Of a DNA stretch of 64,000 bases, positions 15,137-28,992 are shown in pieces; within the stretch, counting starts at the first letter, position 1; each line of letters opens with the position of its first letter. A program made the translations under genes and the position numbers. The DNA comes from Felis catus. Lineage: Eukaryota. Location of the stretch: positions 26,164,001-26,228,000 of the forward strand of contig NC_058381.1 in the NCBI RefSeq assembly GCF_018350175.1, written 5' to 3'. The notes below the pieces were generated by a model. That model was not told the DNA's origin. It searched no databases and saw nothing but the letters and a program-made list of their open reading frames with translations.

Positions 15137-17200
15137 TGAAGGGAGAAAGAGCAAGGTGGGCATAGGGCCTGGGGGTGCCATAGGTGCTCTGAGTTTCTAG
15201 CGGACAACGACTCTGTCCTGGGGAGACCTGACACTCCACCACACCTAGGTTCGGGGAGACTGAGAGTGTAGGTCTAGGGTCTCGCCAGGGTGCTGTTCTG
15301 ACTGTGTGTGACTGTGGACAAGTGCCTGACCCTCTTTGGGCCTGTTTCCTTCCCTATAACTCCAGCATAGAGTGGCACCCAGTAGACTCTTCCTCTGACA
15401 GACTGAGTCTGCCTCTGGCTTTGTGAAGTCCACTTTCCTGGCCTCAGGACACTTCTCTTGGAAACAAAAACCCTTGGCTCACTGTCAGTCCCTGAAGGAC
15501 TAAGATGCCTGGGAAAAGGGAGTAGGAAGATTTGCAATATTTTCTGGACAATTGACTGCCAAAATGACCCACCTCTCAGATGCCTCTGGCCCCTTTCAGG
15601 CCCTCCAGAAGTCCTCCTGTTCCTTCCCCCACCTTAGGTCTCCCAACCACACATCTCAGGAAAGAAGGGCTCAGTTCCCCAAGCCCAGGCTGAAATTCTG
15701 AGCTCCCAGGGGAGACTTTATGAAACTGGCTAGGAGCAAAATAAGGAGACCCAATGGGGAGAGCGGCCTCTTTGGTTGCTTGGGTGGAATATTCCCTGTG
15801 GAAAGATTTGGAATCTCTACATTCATTTTCTTCCCTCTGAGGTTTCTGGCAAATTGAACCTTTGAGATCTTATCTTAAGGGAAGGAAAATAGGAGTTCAG
15901 GTCTGAGAAGGCTCCTTTGGTTCAGAAGCAAATATTTTTAAAATGGGGGAAGGGATCCTGAAATGGGTTTTAAATAGAGCTCAGTGTCAGGGATATGTGG
16001 AGTGAGCATTTGAAACACTAACATCACATATCTGTGGCTCTGAGATGGCAAGGAAGCTTCTGGAAAATGTAGCTCAGGTCCTGGAGGTTTAATCTGCATC
16101 CTTGATTCCATATGTATGTGAATGCCTCCTCCCCAGCATGGGCATCATAAAGGTTGTCGGGAAGTCAGGGCTTCTAGATACAGCCTGGTCAACAGGTGCA
16201 AGGCCAGGTTGAGAGTACCCAGCACTCAGGAGGTATCACTTGGTATACTACTACTGGTTAAGTTCCTATGCCTGAGTAGCCCGCCCTTGGCCATCAGGTA
16301 GAGCCAAATTTGGGGAGATTTGAAGCCTCCCTCCTTCCTCTCCCCTTGAGATACCAGGACTAAATGCCCAGTAGGACTTGACCTTCTCAGGAAGGATATT
16401 TTCTCATTCCGGACTGGGCTACTTCTTTCCTTCTCCCTGCCTGAGCCAGGCCTGAGGCTCCCTGGAAGCCCAGCACAGCCAGCTCCCTGCCCTCCTCCCC
16501 ATACCCTCTTACTCTGGAGAGTGAGCCATTATCTCAAAGGTCAGATAATCCAAAAGTCGGGCCTCATAGACTCAGCAGATGTTTGTCAGGGTTTCCTGGC
16601 TACTGTGCTCTCCACGGGCAGACTTTGCATTCCTTCCTCAGCTGCCACTGAGGTGCTGCCAGGAGCTCTTTGTAGAATATCCAGGCCAGTTTATAAACGG
16701 ATTGGCATCTATGCCCTTCTGACCCAGGCAGGAGATCCCCGAGCAGGCAGGCAGGTAGAAGGAGAATGTATGGAGTTCCTCACCTCTCCTGCCCAGGCTT
16801 TCTCAGTCCTTTGGGGCACCTGCAGATAGAAGGGTTGGGGAGGACACTCTTTTAAATGAGCAGAACCTCCCAAGACAGCCAAAGCTGCCTACTTGCCACC
16901 TGGCTCTATGCCTGCCCAGTTTCCTCCCTCTAGGCTTTTGCTCATGCTAGTTCAGCCACCTGGCATGTCTTTCCCTCACTCGTACTGTAATGCCTGGCAC
17001 AGAGCTTGACGGCACCAGACCTTTGCATCATAACCTGAAGTGAGCTCCTGTCTAACTGGGTTTGGCCATAGGCATACTGGCTCTCCTCTACCTGTGCTGC
17101 TTGGGGTTACAGTTATGTGAGCTCTGGTATTATATTCCTAAAACAGTAGGTCAAGGATTCCTGGTGGTAGCACCACCCCCAGCACCCAGCTCACCCTTAG

Positions 17201-17701
<501 letters not shown>

Positions 17702-18655
17702 GGGGACCGCCCAGCTGCTCCGCTGCCACGCAGACCTCCCCGGCTGCCTGCCCCTGCTGCTTGGGACGTGTACAGCACAGAATGGGTATTTATTTAAATA
17801 AAGGAGCATAAGCGGGCTGCTGCAGCCAGAATAGAGCCCTGGCCAGCCAGCCGGAGCCTGGGACAATTCCCTAGGCCCCAAGAAGAACCCGGCTGCCGGG
17901 AACACAGTCGCTTAGGAGCCACTGGTCACTGTCCAGATCTGCTCCGATGTCAAAGTGGCATTGGCCAGGTGTCCCTCCAGGTCCTCCAGCGCTGTGGGGA
18001 GGCCTCATTGCCCCGCCCAGTGGTCTCATCGGGAGACAGAAGGTGCAGGAGTCAGGGATGGGAACTTCGGAGGGAACCCCAGAGCCCCTAGCCTTGGGCC
18101 TGGACCGCTTGAGAATCTGCAGTAAGGGATGCGGGCTCAGTGAAGACTGAAATCAGTGTAGACTTGAGCTGGGAGGGACCTGTTCTTTTAGTCCTCCCAC
18201 TTCTTCCCCGGAAAGACAGGCGCTCCTCCCACCCCTCGGTCAGGGGAGGGAGTGGCACTTCTGCCTTGAGTCCCCAGGGGGAGAAAAAAAAAGATATTTA
18301 TAAAATAAATGGTAATTTGTGTAAATAAGCTTTAAGGTTCCCAGAATATACAAATTGGTATTAATTTATTCAAAGGTGTACATTGCTGTGTACATAATAT
18401 TTAGAGATTAATTCATAGCATTTAAAATTTCTTTTCATTTTACATAAGCATCTATATTGTACAGGGCTGGGGGGTCCTCGGCTGCGGGAGAAGCCCCATC
18501 CCTGGAGGGGCTCCCACCCCGCCAGCCCCTCGGCCCCTCCGCCCGGGCTTTGCTCGCCCGGCCCGCGGGCTCCACCTCAGGTTTTCACTTTTCGCTACCG
18601 AGCGAGACGAAAAGACAAAAACTCGAGAAAACAATAAAACGCTGCAATGCGAAGT
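17702..18655 (+). other. TBX2: TBX2 3'UTR; AATAAA at 17797-17802, 18304-18309 and 18633-18638
   Basis: Follows the stop codon; AU-rich blocks at 17787-17802 and 18285-18460; distal hexamer taken as the likely main signal. Confidence 0.7.
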
Positions 18656-19130
18656 GAACGGCGCTGTGCGCTCTGTGGGCCGCGTGGGGTAGGGGCGCAG
18701 CAAGCGCGTTAGGAGGGACTGGAGGCGGGGACAAAACGTCGGGCGCCCCCAGCTCGGCGGCAGCTGCACCCCGGGGGCGGCAGCAGGCTGGCTGGGGCAG
18801 CGGGCGGAGCTGCGAGGCCGAGCGGCGCCGGCGCGGGCCACCGGCTGGGCCGGGAGGCGCCGAGCCGCTTCGAGTCCCCCGCGCTCCCGGCGCGGGCCGC
18901 CTCCCAAGCCAGGGGCCGGGCTCCCTCTGCTGGCCACTTGCCTCCGGCCGTCGCCCCAGCCACTCTGCACCGGGACTCCTGACTCCCTTTCTGGGGCTCC
19001 AGAGTAGAAACGAATCCCGTTTTAGCGCCTCTGGGTAGGCAGAGCTGGTAAGATGGGTGCACCCTACTCCCTCTCTCCCTTCTGAGGAGGAGTTTGGCCG
19101 TGGTGCACCCACTACCGCGGACCCTAGAAT
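18480..19130. promoter_or_regulatory. CpG island at TBX2 3' end
   Basis: High CpG density. Confidence 0.7.
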
Positions 19131-19176
19131 CCTTTTCATCTCTCTGCCTCCTGGACCTCAAAAAGAAACCGTTCTT

Positions 19177-19285
19177 GGGGCGTCTGGCTGGCTCAGTGGG
19201 TAAAGCACAAGACCCTTGATCTTGGGGTGGTAAGTTTGGGCCCCACGTTTGACTTAGATATTACTTTCTTTAAAAAGAAGAAAGA
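19177..19285 (+). mobile_element. Short CAN-SINE (tRNA-derived)
   Basis: ggggcgtctggctggctcagt head and A-rich tail. Confidence 0.8.
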
Positions 19286-20149
19286 AGCATTTCTCCTTGT
19301 CTGGGCTGTTGACTAGAGTGACAGAGTCTAACCTGAAAGTTCTCCCGTGTAACTCATCTAAATCTCTTTTGGGGGTGTGGGAAGTGTGGGTCAATAGGCT
19401 ACTTCCTTTACTGCCTCAGTTTCCTCTGGTATAATAAAGGGCTCCGCTGGGGTATCTCTGGGAGTCCCATGTGTCTTCCCAGTGGCACGTTCTTCCCAGT
19501 GGCCCCCTCCTGCAAGTGGGCCTCCCACCCCCATCCTTTGAGCTTCTTTCTGCTTCACACAGCCAACAGGTGTCTCCGACCCCCAAATCCTAGTAGTGGG
19601 AAGGGGTGAGAGATGGGAAGTCACTCCTTTAACCCACCCTCAGGTCTGTCCATCACCGAGCCCCCACCTCCTTCCCAGTTCTCTGCTCTTTAAGCCTTGG
19701 GAGTCCGTGCCGCCCTGGACGAACACACTGCCTGCCCACCTTGGGTACTTTAGGGGGCGGCAAGCACAGGTCCCCCAACTCACCAGGAACACCAGGAATG
19801 GTAAGATGAAGGAAGGGTGAAGGTGGAGGTGGAACTGCCAGTATCCGGGCCTCCAAGTGCCCAGGACGCCTCCGTGGGCCGACACACTTGCAAGGAAAGA
19901 GAACTGTGTCCGCCTGTTCCACGGAGGGAGCTGGACCCAGCCTAAGCTGAATTCGGCAAGGGGCTTGGCCAGTGAGCGAGCAAAAGGGCGCAAAAACTGT
20001 CCCAGCTCCCAGAGTGTGGGCTGTTTCTACGCTCTCTGACCTTCCGCAGGCAGGACAGCGAATGGGGCAGTCCAGGAACCGGGCGGGCCAGAGAGGCCAC
20101 TTTCTCAGCTCAAATAGAATCCCTCGTGGACAGTGTGCTTATTTGAGGT

Positions 20150-22470
20150 CGCTTTCGGCTCAAAACATCTCTGAAATTTTCGAAGAGCGGGGCGCGTTCA
20201 CTTCTTCCGGTTTCTCCCCGCACGTCTAAGAAGGAAAGTTGGGCAGAGGCTGCAAGTGCACGGCAGTCTCAGGAGCGGGTTGCTGACACCAGGGGGCAGT
20301 ACCAACCTAAAGCTGCGGTGAGGGCGGCGCGCAGAGTGGGGAACTCCAAGAGGGTGGCCGCGAATGCCAGGCAGGGCGGCCTGGTTGCGGCCGCAGCCTC
20401 GCCGCATGGTTGCTGCAGCACCCCGAATGAGGTGGAGTGATACTTAAGGGCCTCGAGAGGCCCCAGGCCCCGAGTGCAGTTTGGGGAGTCGTCCTGAATT
20501 CCCCCGCCTCCCGCCGGCAAATCCTGTCCCGGAGTCGCCCTCCAGGCGCTCCGCTGGGTCTCAGCTGAGAACCTGAGTTCGGCTGCGGGAACCGCGCGGC
20601 CGGCAGCAAGGCCTTGTCCCAGGCAAAGGCCAGGCCGCTTCCTGGCCCAATTAAGCCACCCGTCAACCCCCCTTCCCGGCCTCGCATCCCTCATTGTTCC
20701 CTGGGTCGCCAATTAGCCCCGGCGTTCCTCGTCCCACCGCTCTAGTGCTCCAAGGCCTTCTTAACCCTTCTGGGCCTGGCACCAGGGGCCCTAGACGGCA
20801 GAATCCCCTGCGCACGGCTGTATGTGGAGGGCGTGTTTGGGTTGATGGGGACTGAGGGGTCACTGCGGGGCCGTGTGCGTTGGAACTGTGGGGTTAGAGA
20901 GTGAACTGTGCTTGGCTGTGTGGGATGGTTGAGTGTGACTTCACTGGGGAACTTGGAGACGGGGGATGTGGGTGTGGGGTCTCCGTGAGACCCCTAGCGG
21001 CCAAGCAGTGTGGATCTCCAGGCCCAGGAGAACTCATTTCCTCTTGGGATAAATAAGAGTCTACCGAATCCCCTCAAGCCATTCTTTTCCCCCCACCCCC
21101 ACTCACGCTACGGCGGCGGAAATCTACGACCTGGCCCCGCCCCCCCCAAAGGCGCTGAACTGGGGTCCGCCTCCCGTGCGTACCGTGAACGTCCACACAG
21201 GGCACTCCTTGTAGCTGGAGCGGAACGTTCAGCTTCGCGCTACAGGACACAGGTGAACACCTCAGCTCGAGCTCCCTTACCTCCCTTTCCCGGATATTGG
21301 ATGGTTCGAGGGACAGAGTCTGCATGAGACCGAAGTTTAAACGCTGAGCCTTGCCTTCTTCCCAGCTTTGGAAAGCACCCCAAATCTAATCCCACTTTTT
21401 CCTCTCTTCGCGATCCTCGATCTCAAAGTCCGGCGAGGGGCCGAGCGACCATGTAATAGGGACCGGACAACAGAGGGAATGTACGCCCGGGGAAGAGGCA
21501 AAGGGAAAGGAACCTGAGCTCCGGGCGTCTCTCTGGGTTCCCCGGAGAGCGCCCTTGGGAGTGCAGTCTGGTCTTTTCTCAGTGAATGCGTTGATGCCAA
21601 TGCCAGATTCTGGAATTCTTATTTGCCCTTGGAACTCTTTTTTGGGTTCTCAGAGGCGCAGATCTGCTTGCCCCACCCCACACCCACTCGCGAAGCCGAC
21701 GGCCGCTGCTCTTTTCCCAGCCCCTCCCCTAGGTAGCTTTGGAAACTCCCCGCCCAAAGCAAACCTGCAGCTTGCCCCGTCGACGAGCCGCGACAACTCC
21801 CCAAGAGCCCACGAGATGGCGCTCCAGGCCAGGGGCCAGGCCGCGGCCGGACAGCCGGCCGCGAGCTAGAGCCAAAGGTGAACAGAGAGATCGGCAGAGG
21901 CGCACGGAGACAAAACCACAAACTGACGTAAATCCTGGCCTAGAGACGGGTACGAGCATCTGAGGGACCAAGAAGCTCAGCGGAGCCCGAATGGGGCTGT
22001 GGTGGGCCTACAGACACACGGACAGGAACGAGGCTTCTTTCCCTCCCTTGGGACCGTCCTGCGGTGCCAACTCCCGGACCTTTGAGACCCTGGCTGCAAA
22101 TACCTCCCCTCGGCCTTCTGTGTGCCCGACTAGGCTGGGACCTTCTTGGGGTCCTGACTCGGGCCTTCCTCGCCTCTCAGAAGCAGAGCTATGGGCTTGG
22201 ATCCTCCGCATGAGGGAAAAACTGCTTTGGCCTGCGGGCCCACTTGGGGCTGACTGGCTGGATTCAATGCTCCTCTGTCGCAGAGGTCAGCCTAAGTTCC
22301 TTCCTCCAGCTCCTCACCTTTTCCATTGTGGTCTTCAAGGTCGAGCGCGGGTGGCGTGGCGGGGGGGAGGGGGGGGCGGCGGGGAGGGGCGCAGGGGCGG
22401 GGCGTGCAGGATGCTCCCTCGAGCCCAGAAGAGCTGCTCATCTGGTTGACCTGCCTTAGGCCGCGTGTGC
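20150..22470. promoter_or_regulatory. Downstream CpG island (position of the human C17orf82/LINC02875 region)
   Basis: CpG-rich block about 2-4 kb past the TBX2 3' end; the synteny label is recalled, not derived from this sequence. Confidence 0.6.
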
Positions 22471-24559
22471 CAGAAGCCCTGGGGAAGCTTTGGGTCTGCA
22501 TTATTCCTGTGGAAGGTGGTGGGAAATGGGGAAAGCACAGGGGTCAGCCTGAGAATCTCTCCCTTGGGTTAAAAGCCACCCAAGCTCTCTGTCAGGTATG
22601 AATGGTGGGGGGGGGGGGGGGGGAGAGATGTGAGTCCAGATTGCCAGTTTGACTCAGGGAAGGCTTTGATTCCAGCTGACCCTTAACGTCCTTGGATGAG
22701 CTCTGCACTCTGGGAGATTATCTTCTTTATTATTAACTAAGGGCACATAGCTAGAAAGCAGCCCAGTCCACACCAGCTAGGGTAATTTCCACCACGACAC
22801 AGTCACCAGCTTGTTGTGATCCCAGCCAGGTGTCTTCCCTGAACTAGGCTTCCAGTTATTCCCTCTTCGATTTATAATGCAGGATAGAGTCAAACGTTTG
22901 GTAATTCAATAGTTATCTACATATTCATCTACTGCTGGCATGGGAGATAGGTACAAGGTTAAGTTCTGGCTTCAGCTGTGCGACCTTGGACAATGTGACT
23001 TTCTTCTCTGGACCCCAGAATCCTCTTCCTGAGAATAAGTGGTTTGGGCCAAAATCAAATAGATCTGTGAGTGGCCAGTCGACATTGGTCCAATTCTCAG
23101 TGATCCCCAGCCTCAACTTCCTCATACAAGAGGTAGGGGTTATACTTCTACTTAATGTTTAAGGAACGGAAGCCTGAGGGATACTGTTGCTGACATTCTT
23201 GGTGTGGGGGTGGGGCTGGTGGCCAGGATGAATTCACAATTAGGAAATTGCATTCCAGGTCCTGAAACCCTCAAGAACCAGCTGGCTCCAGCTGCCTCTC
23301 CACTCCTTGTGGGATGTGGTTATTTCCTGCCTTGCTTTCCACCTTGGAGCAAACTTTAGGAGAGGCACAGACGGGTGGAGGGTGGCTTTGCCACCTAGCA
23401 CCAGTTTGTTGAATGTGACTTCTTCCCAGAGCCACGAGAGGACACAAATGGAGGATATTCAGGTGCCTGTGTTGAAGGATGCCCCCGCCACACCTGGGAC
23501 ACCCAATGGGCTAATTCCTTACCTGTGTGGAAAGCTTTGTTCAAAGCAGTTGCACATATGAGCTCTCACTGAGCCCTCACTGGCAGAGTGTTGATTATGA
23601 ACCCCCACTTCAAGGATGAAGATACTGAGGTTCAGAGAAATAAAGGAAAATGCCCCCTGGCTATCCAGTAAATAAAGGAAGAGGTCTTTCCCAATCCCTT
23701 GGGTCTGATCCTTGAAAACATTAGCTAAGTGATAATGGTTAAGAGTCAGCCTCAGCTGGGAAAAGGCAGAGAGGCTGGGAGAATGCCCTCTGGCCCGCCC
23801 GCCCAGAGGTGTGTCCATGAAAACAGCAGCCAGACTCAGAGTCTAAGTGCAGGAGACCAAGGGGAAGAGTGGCCTCCCAGCTTCGTATCAACACAGTAGG
23901 GCCTGCTGGGGACCCCTGGTGGGAGCGGGGGCTTCTGTGTAAAACAATAGCAGGGATGTTGATGGGTTATCTGAGATGTCACACTGGCAAGTGCTTAGCT
24001 CAAGCGTGGCTCATGTTTGCTTTGCTTATTATTGATTTCCATCCCAAAGAAAATAAGATATCCTCAGGTCCTATGGGGAGGAGCTGATGGAGAAGCCATG
24101 CAACACCCACCAGTGTGCTTAACACCGGGCATACATTTCCTTAGTTCTAGGCACTGGGCAGTGGATATGATTATTCCCATTTTACAGAGGAGAAAACCGA
24201 GGCTTGGGCATGCCCGAGGTCATGCAGCTGCTAAGAAGGTATGGCTGCCCCAAACCTATACTCTTTCCTGGAGGTCTCAGAGTTCCTTCTCTACAGCTCT
24301 GGGGGATTCTGAGTCCCACCAGGCATTTGGCCCAGCCCCCTGTGGCAGGCTTTTATGTGGCTGGTACTTATTCACCCCCGGTCTGGCTGGTCTGTTTCTT
24401 CACCCTGCCCCAACTTTGGGTCTTATTCCCTTCTTGGAGGGGCTGTCCACCCTTCCAGCTTTGGCCTCCCACAGCTGTCCTAGTGTGTTCATGGCAGTTC
24501 TAGTTTTATTACTGATATCTTGCGGTTTCCCCTTAGAAGTCACCCAGCAGGCACCCTAC

Positions 24560-24800
24560 CTCTCGCACACAGACACCCACACAGAGTCCCCCTATAGACA
24601 ACCATGCATACGTACCCACGGAGACTCACACCTAGCACACTACCACCACCCCCACACAGACATACAAATGTATACATATACGGACACCTCACACACACCA
24701 CACACACTCATTTAACAGCACATACAAACACACACAGTCATGCACACACACATAGACATTCATGGATGCAAACACACATAGATATGCTCTCACAAAGATG
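24560..24800 (+). repeat. Degenerate CA-rich low-complexity tract
   Basis: Interrupted cacaca/cataca runs. Confidence 0.75.
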
Positions 24801-25314
24801 TTTGGTGTTTTTCCTTGGAGAGATCACCTGTCCAGACTCTCTGAGGCTCCCCTCTTCCCTCAGTTTGCTGGAGCGGAGCCCATTCACCCCACCCCTCAGC
24901 ATTGCCACATCTCCTCCAGGAGGGGCTATATTTGTTTAAGGTTTCTGTCTTCTATGAGATCATTGTCTCCCTCAAGGCAGGGCTGGTGTCTGTTGTGCTT
25001 ATTGCTAGGTCCCCAGACCTAAAATTGCTTAACACATGGCAGGGGTGCAGAAAGTGCTGATGAAAGAAAGAAAGAAAGGAAAGAAAGGAAGACTGCAGAA
25101 GCAGGGCCCACACCTGGTCCTTCCAGGATATGCTTGCCCAGGCCCCGGGCCACAAGCCCCTGCTGCAAGCCCACTTGACATTGGCCGCAGGGAGCCCCTG
25201 AGGGCTGGGAACCTCAGTCACAGCCAATAGAGCCTCCTTTCTCTCCTGAGGAGATATCCAGAGAAGCTGTATATCTTGCCTGAGGACTTGCCTCTGCAGG
25301 AAAACAGTCCAGAC

Positions 25315-25635
25315 TGCTGTAGTCTGAATGTGTGCATCACCCCAAAATTCATGTTGAAAACGAACACCCAAGGTGATAGTATTAGGAGGCAGAACCTTTG
25401 GGAAGTAATTAGGTCACAAGGACAGAGCCCTTATAACTGGGATCCGTGCTGTTACAAGAGACCCTTCCCCTTTCCACCATGTGAGCATACAATGAGACAT
25501 CAGTGCCCTGGAAGAGGTCCCTCACTTGCCCCTGCTGGCACCCAGATCTCCAATGTCCAACCTCCAAAACTGTGAGAAATAAATGTGCTTTATAAGGTAC
25601 CCAGTCTGTGGCATTATGTTACAGCAGCCCAAGCC
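25315..25635 (+). mobile_element. MaLR solo LTR (MLT1A-like)
   Basis: tgctgtagtctgaatgtgtg...ccccaaaattcatgttgaaa start and cctccaaaactgtgagaaataaatg...gttacagcagccc end. Confidence 0.8.
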
Positions 25636-26327
25636 CTCCCAGCCCTCAAACGCTTCTCTCCAGCTATGCTGAGTGATTCTCTGTTTTTGAGAGGCTCTGG
25701 GGCCCTCTGGCCTCTGGGCCTTTGCTGCTGCTGAGCCCCTGCCTAAGGGCCTTACCCTGCCACCCCCAGTTCCAGGGCAAGCCTCTGCACCTGGGACACT
25801 TGAGAGCCTCACAGGCAGACCACATTTCCTGCCAGCCAGGACCTTCCTGAAACACAGATGAGATGGGGTCGTCGCCCTATTTAAAGGTTTCCCATGACCT
25901 TGGAGTCCAGAATCTTTAACTTGGTAGTGGCGCCTGTATGAGTTCTGCCTGCTAACCTCACCCCACCCCCACCCCAGGGCTCTACCCACACTGTCCACCT
26001 GCCCAGGTCTATCTAGGTTAACCTTGCTGACCTTGCCTCATGTCCTTCTCACACTCACATGCTCTTCCCTCTGCCTGGAATCTTTCCTTTCTTCCTTCAA
26101 AACTTGGCCCACTAGTCCCTTCTCCAGGAAGCTTCCCCTTGACCTTCTCCCTTCTGGGTAAGGTGACCACACACAATGTTTTAAGTTAGTATTCAATGAA
26201 TGAGTGACTCATTCTAATGAGTGACTAAAGCTAATTACTCCTCCCCCATCACTTCTTCCACATGGAGATAATAGTACCTAGCTCTTGGAGTGTTTTGATT
26301 GAAGCACTGTTTAGAACAGTAAATGCT

Positions 26328-26553
26328 GGGGCGCCTGGATGGCTCAGTTGGTTAAGGGTCTGACTTCAGCTCAGGTCATGATCTCACAGTTCGTGGACTC
26401 GAGCCCCATGTAGGGCTCTGTGCTGACAGCTCAGAGCCTGGAGCCTGTTTCAGGATCTGTGTCTCCCTCTATCTCTGCCCCTCCCCTGCTCATGCTCTGT
26501 CTCTCTCTCTCTCAAAAAGAAATTAAAAAAAAAAAAAACATTAAAAAAAAAAC
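26328..26553 (+). mobile_element. CAN-SINE, full length
   Basis: tRNA-like head, (CT)n, poly-A; TSD aacagtaaatgctg at 26315-26328 and 26554-26567. Confidence 0.95.
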
Positions 26554-27821
26554 AACAGTAAATGCTGCATCCCTGCCCCTCTTGAGGAGGCCTTGCCCCT
26601 TTGGAGGAGCCTCAGAGCTTCCAAGGATGGGGTCCTAGGAGCCATCTAGAGGCAGAGCAAATTCCTCCCCCATCCTGGGCAGCATCCAGTGTTCAGCCTA
26701 TCAGAGCTAGGTGACCCCTCCCGTCCTGGAGGCCAGCACAGGCCAATGAGACCTGCCTTCTGGGGTGACAAGTTGTCAAGTCCCTGAGCCTGAAGAATCT
26801 GACCTCCACGTGGGGACCTGTGTGTTGAGGTTTCTGGCTGAGGACAGAGCTCCCACAGGCAACTGTGCTGCTGCAGAGAAATCTCAAGGGCAATGAACCC
26901 CAGTGTGCATGCCCCTTGATGGGTCCTCTTCTCTCTCTATGGAACTCAGGCCCGGGGAAGGGACGTTTCTTGTTGGCGGGTTGTTTGCTGGTGACCTGAC
27001 TGCATCAGTGTGGCCAGTGAGCTGCCTGGGCCATGTTGCAGGGGCTACCTTTTACCACTAGATGGGGATCTGGAGTCATCCAGGCCTGGAGTCTGGGGCT
27101 TGGGCTTCTACCCAAAGTCCCTGCCCCTCCTGCCTTAGGCCTGTTTCAGATCAAGGGTTCTCAACCTGCCTGGTTGTTGCCTCTGGGGGATCCAAGCCTA
27201 CTTCCTGTGCCTCCATTCTAATTTCTGGCTAGGTCCTGCTGCTAGGCAATGACACTGAGGGAAGGGAATGACGGACTTTGTGCAGCCGGACATCTGAGTT
27301 CAAACCCTAGCTGCACCTCTAGCTCTGTGGCTTTGACCCTTTGAGCCTCAAGTGTCTTCATCTCTAAAAGACTTGAGTCTAATTATTCTGCAAAGAACAA
27401 GAGGAAATGTGGCCGCCCTGGTTGCCACACAGAGAGGGTGTGGAATGGTCTTGCTGGTGAGCACATAAAACAAGCTGACCCAGCAGGAGAAACTGAATGA
27501 ATGTAAGACAGTCCTCATTTGCCTCATCCATCATTCCCCTTCCTCCTCGGTCCTTGGCTGAGCCCGAGCCTCAGGCTGGCTTGTGGCAGCTGTACAACTT
27601 GTCCTCAGGACCCCTCCCGTGGCCCTGCATGCTGACCTCCTGAATGTTTTTCTGGACAATGCCTTTCCAGGCATTGGTGGAGTCTCACCCTTCCCAGGGC
27701 TCCCTCCCTTGCAGCAATGGTGGGTGAGGGCCCATTCAACTCACTGGGATTCATCCTGTCTCTCAGAGGCACTGGTCTTCTTGGGTTGTTTTCATTCTTT
27801 TCAAAAACTGAGATATAATTC

Positions 27822-28010
27822 GGGGCACCTCGGTGGTCCAAGTGTTCGACTCTTAATTTTGGCTCAGGTGATGATCCCGGGGTCATGGGATTGAGCCCTG
27901 CACCAGGCTTGCTGAGCATGGAGCCTGCTTAAGATTCTCTCTCTCTTTCTCTCCGCCTTTCTCCCCTGCTCGCTCTCACTCTCTCTCTAAAAAATAAAAA
28001 TTTTTAAAAA
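27822..28010 (+). mobile_element. CAN-SINE
   Basis: ggggcacctcggtgg head, CT tract, A tail. Confidence 0.9.
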
Positions 28011-28567
28011 TTTGAAATATAATTTGCATACTATAATAGCCACTCTTTTAAAGTGTACAATTCAGTGGGTTTTAGTGTATTCATAAGGTTGTACAACAAT
28101 CACTACTATCTAATTCCAGAATATTTTCATCATCCCAAAGTGAAACCCTGACCCATTAGCAGTCATGGCCCCTGCCTCCAGCCCTTGGCATCCACTAATC
28201 TACTTTCTGTCTCTGGAGGTTTGCCTATTCAGGACATTTCATATAAATGGAATCATACAATTTGTGGGTTTTTGTGGCTGGATTCTTTTACTTTACATAG
28301 TATGTTCAAGGCTCATCCACGTTGTAACATGAATCAGTGCTTTTATTCCTTTTTAAGATTGAAAAATATTCCACCATATGGATATACCACATTTTGTTTA
28401 TCCATTTGTCTGTCGAGGGGCATTTGGTTTGTTTCCACTTCCTGGCTATTATGAGTAATACTGCTGTGGACGTTCATGTGCAAGTCTTTAGGTGGACATA
28501 CGTTCTCATTTCTCTTGAGTCTATGCTTAAGAGTGGAACTGCTGGGTTAAATGATAACTGTTTAACT

Positions 28568-28992
28568 CTTTTTTTTAATGCTTATGTATTTTTTTTTCAA
28601 ATTTTTTTTTCAACGTTTTTTATTTATTTTTGGGACAGAGACAGAGCATGAACGGGGGAGGGGCAGAGAGAGAGGGAGACACAGAATCAGAAACAGGCTC
28701 CAGGCTCCGAGCCATCAGCCCAGAGCCTGACGTGGGGCTCGAACTCAGGGACCGCGAGATCGTGACCTGGCTGAAGTCGGACGCTTAACCGACTGCGCCA
28801 CCTAGGCGCCCCTGTGCTTATGTATTTTTAAGAGAGAGCGTGTGAGTGGGGGAGGGGTAGAAGGAGAGGGAGAGAGAGGATCTGAAGCAGGCTCCGCACT
28901 GACAGCAGTGAGCCCAATGCGGGGCTCAAACTCACGAACACTGAGATCATGATCTGAGCTGAAGTCAGACTGACTGAGCCACCCAGGTACTC
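28568..28992 (-). mobile_element. Older CAN-SINE whose tail hosts the young SINE
   Basis: Body at 28830-28992; TSD tgataactgtttaact at 28552-28567 and 28993-29008. Confidence 0.9.
28594..28812 (-). mobile_element. Young felid-type CAN-SINE (SINEC_Fc-like)
   Basis: Reverse strand ggggcgcctaggtggcgcagtcggttaagcgtccgacttcagccaggtcacgatctcgcggtcc; CpGs retained; TSD tgcttatgtattttt at 28579-28593 and 28815-28829. Confidence 0.93.

Noticed and set aside
19177-19285. tRNA gene (also 42879-42996)
   Set aside because: tRNA-derived CAN-SINE head with an A tail and flanking direct repeats; no intact cloverleaf.
21010-22601. Protein-coding C17orf82-like gene
   Set aside because: Only short, disconnected ORFs with no coding signature; better treated as regulatory or non-coding.
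24017-24939. 232 aa and 111 aa ORFs with His/Thr-rich ends
   Set aside because: Built from a MIR-like fragment and the CA-rich low-complexity tract.
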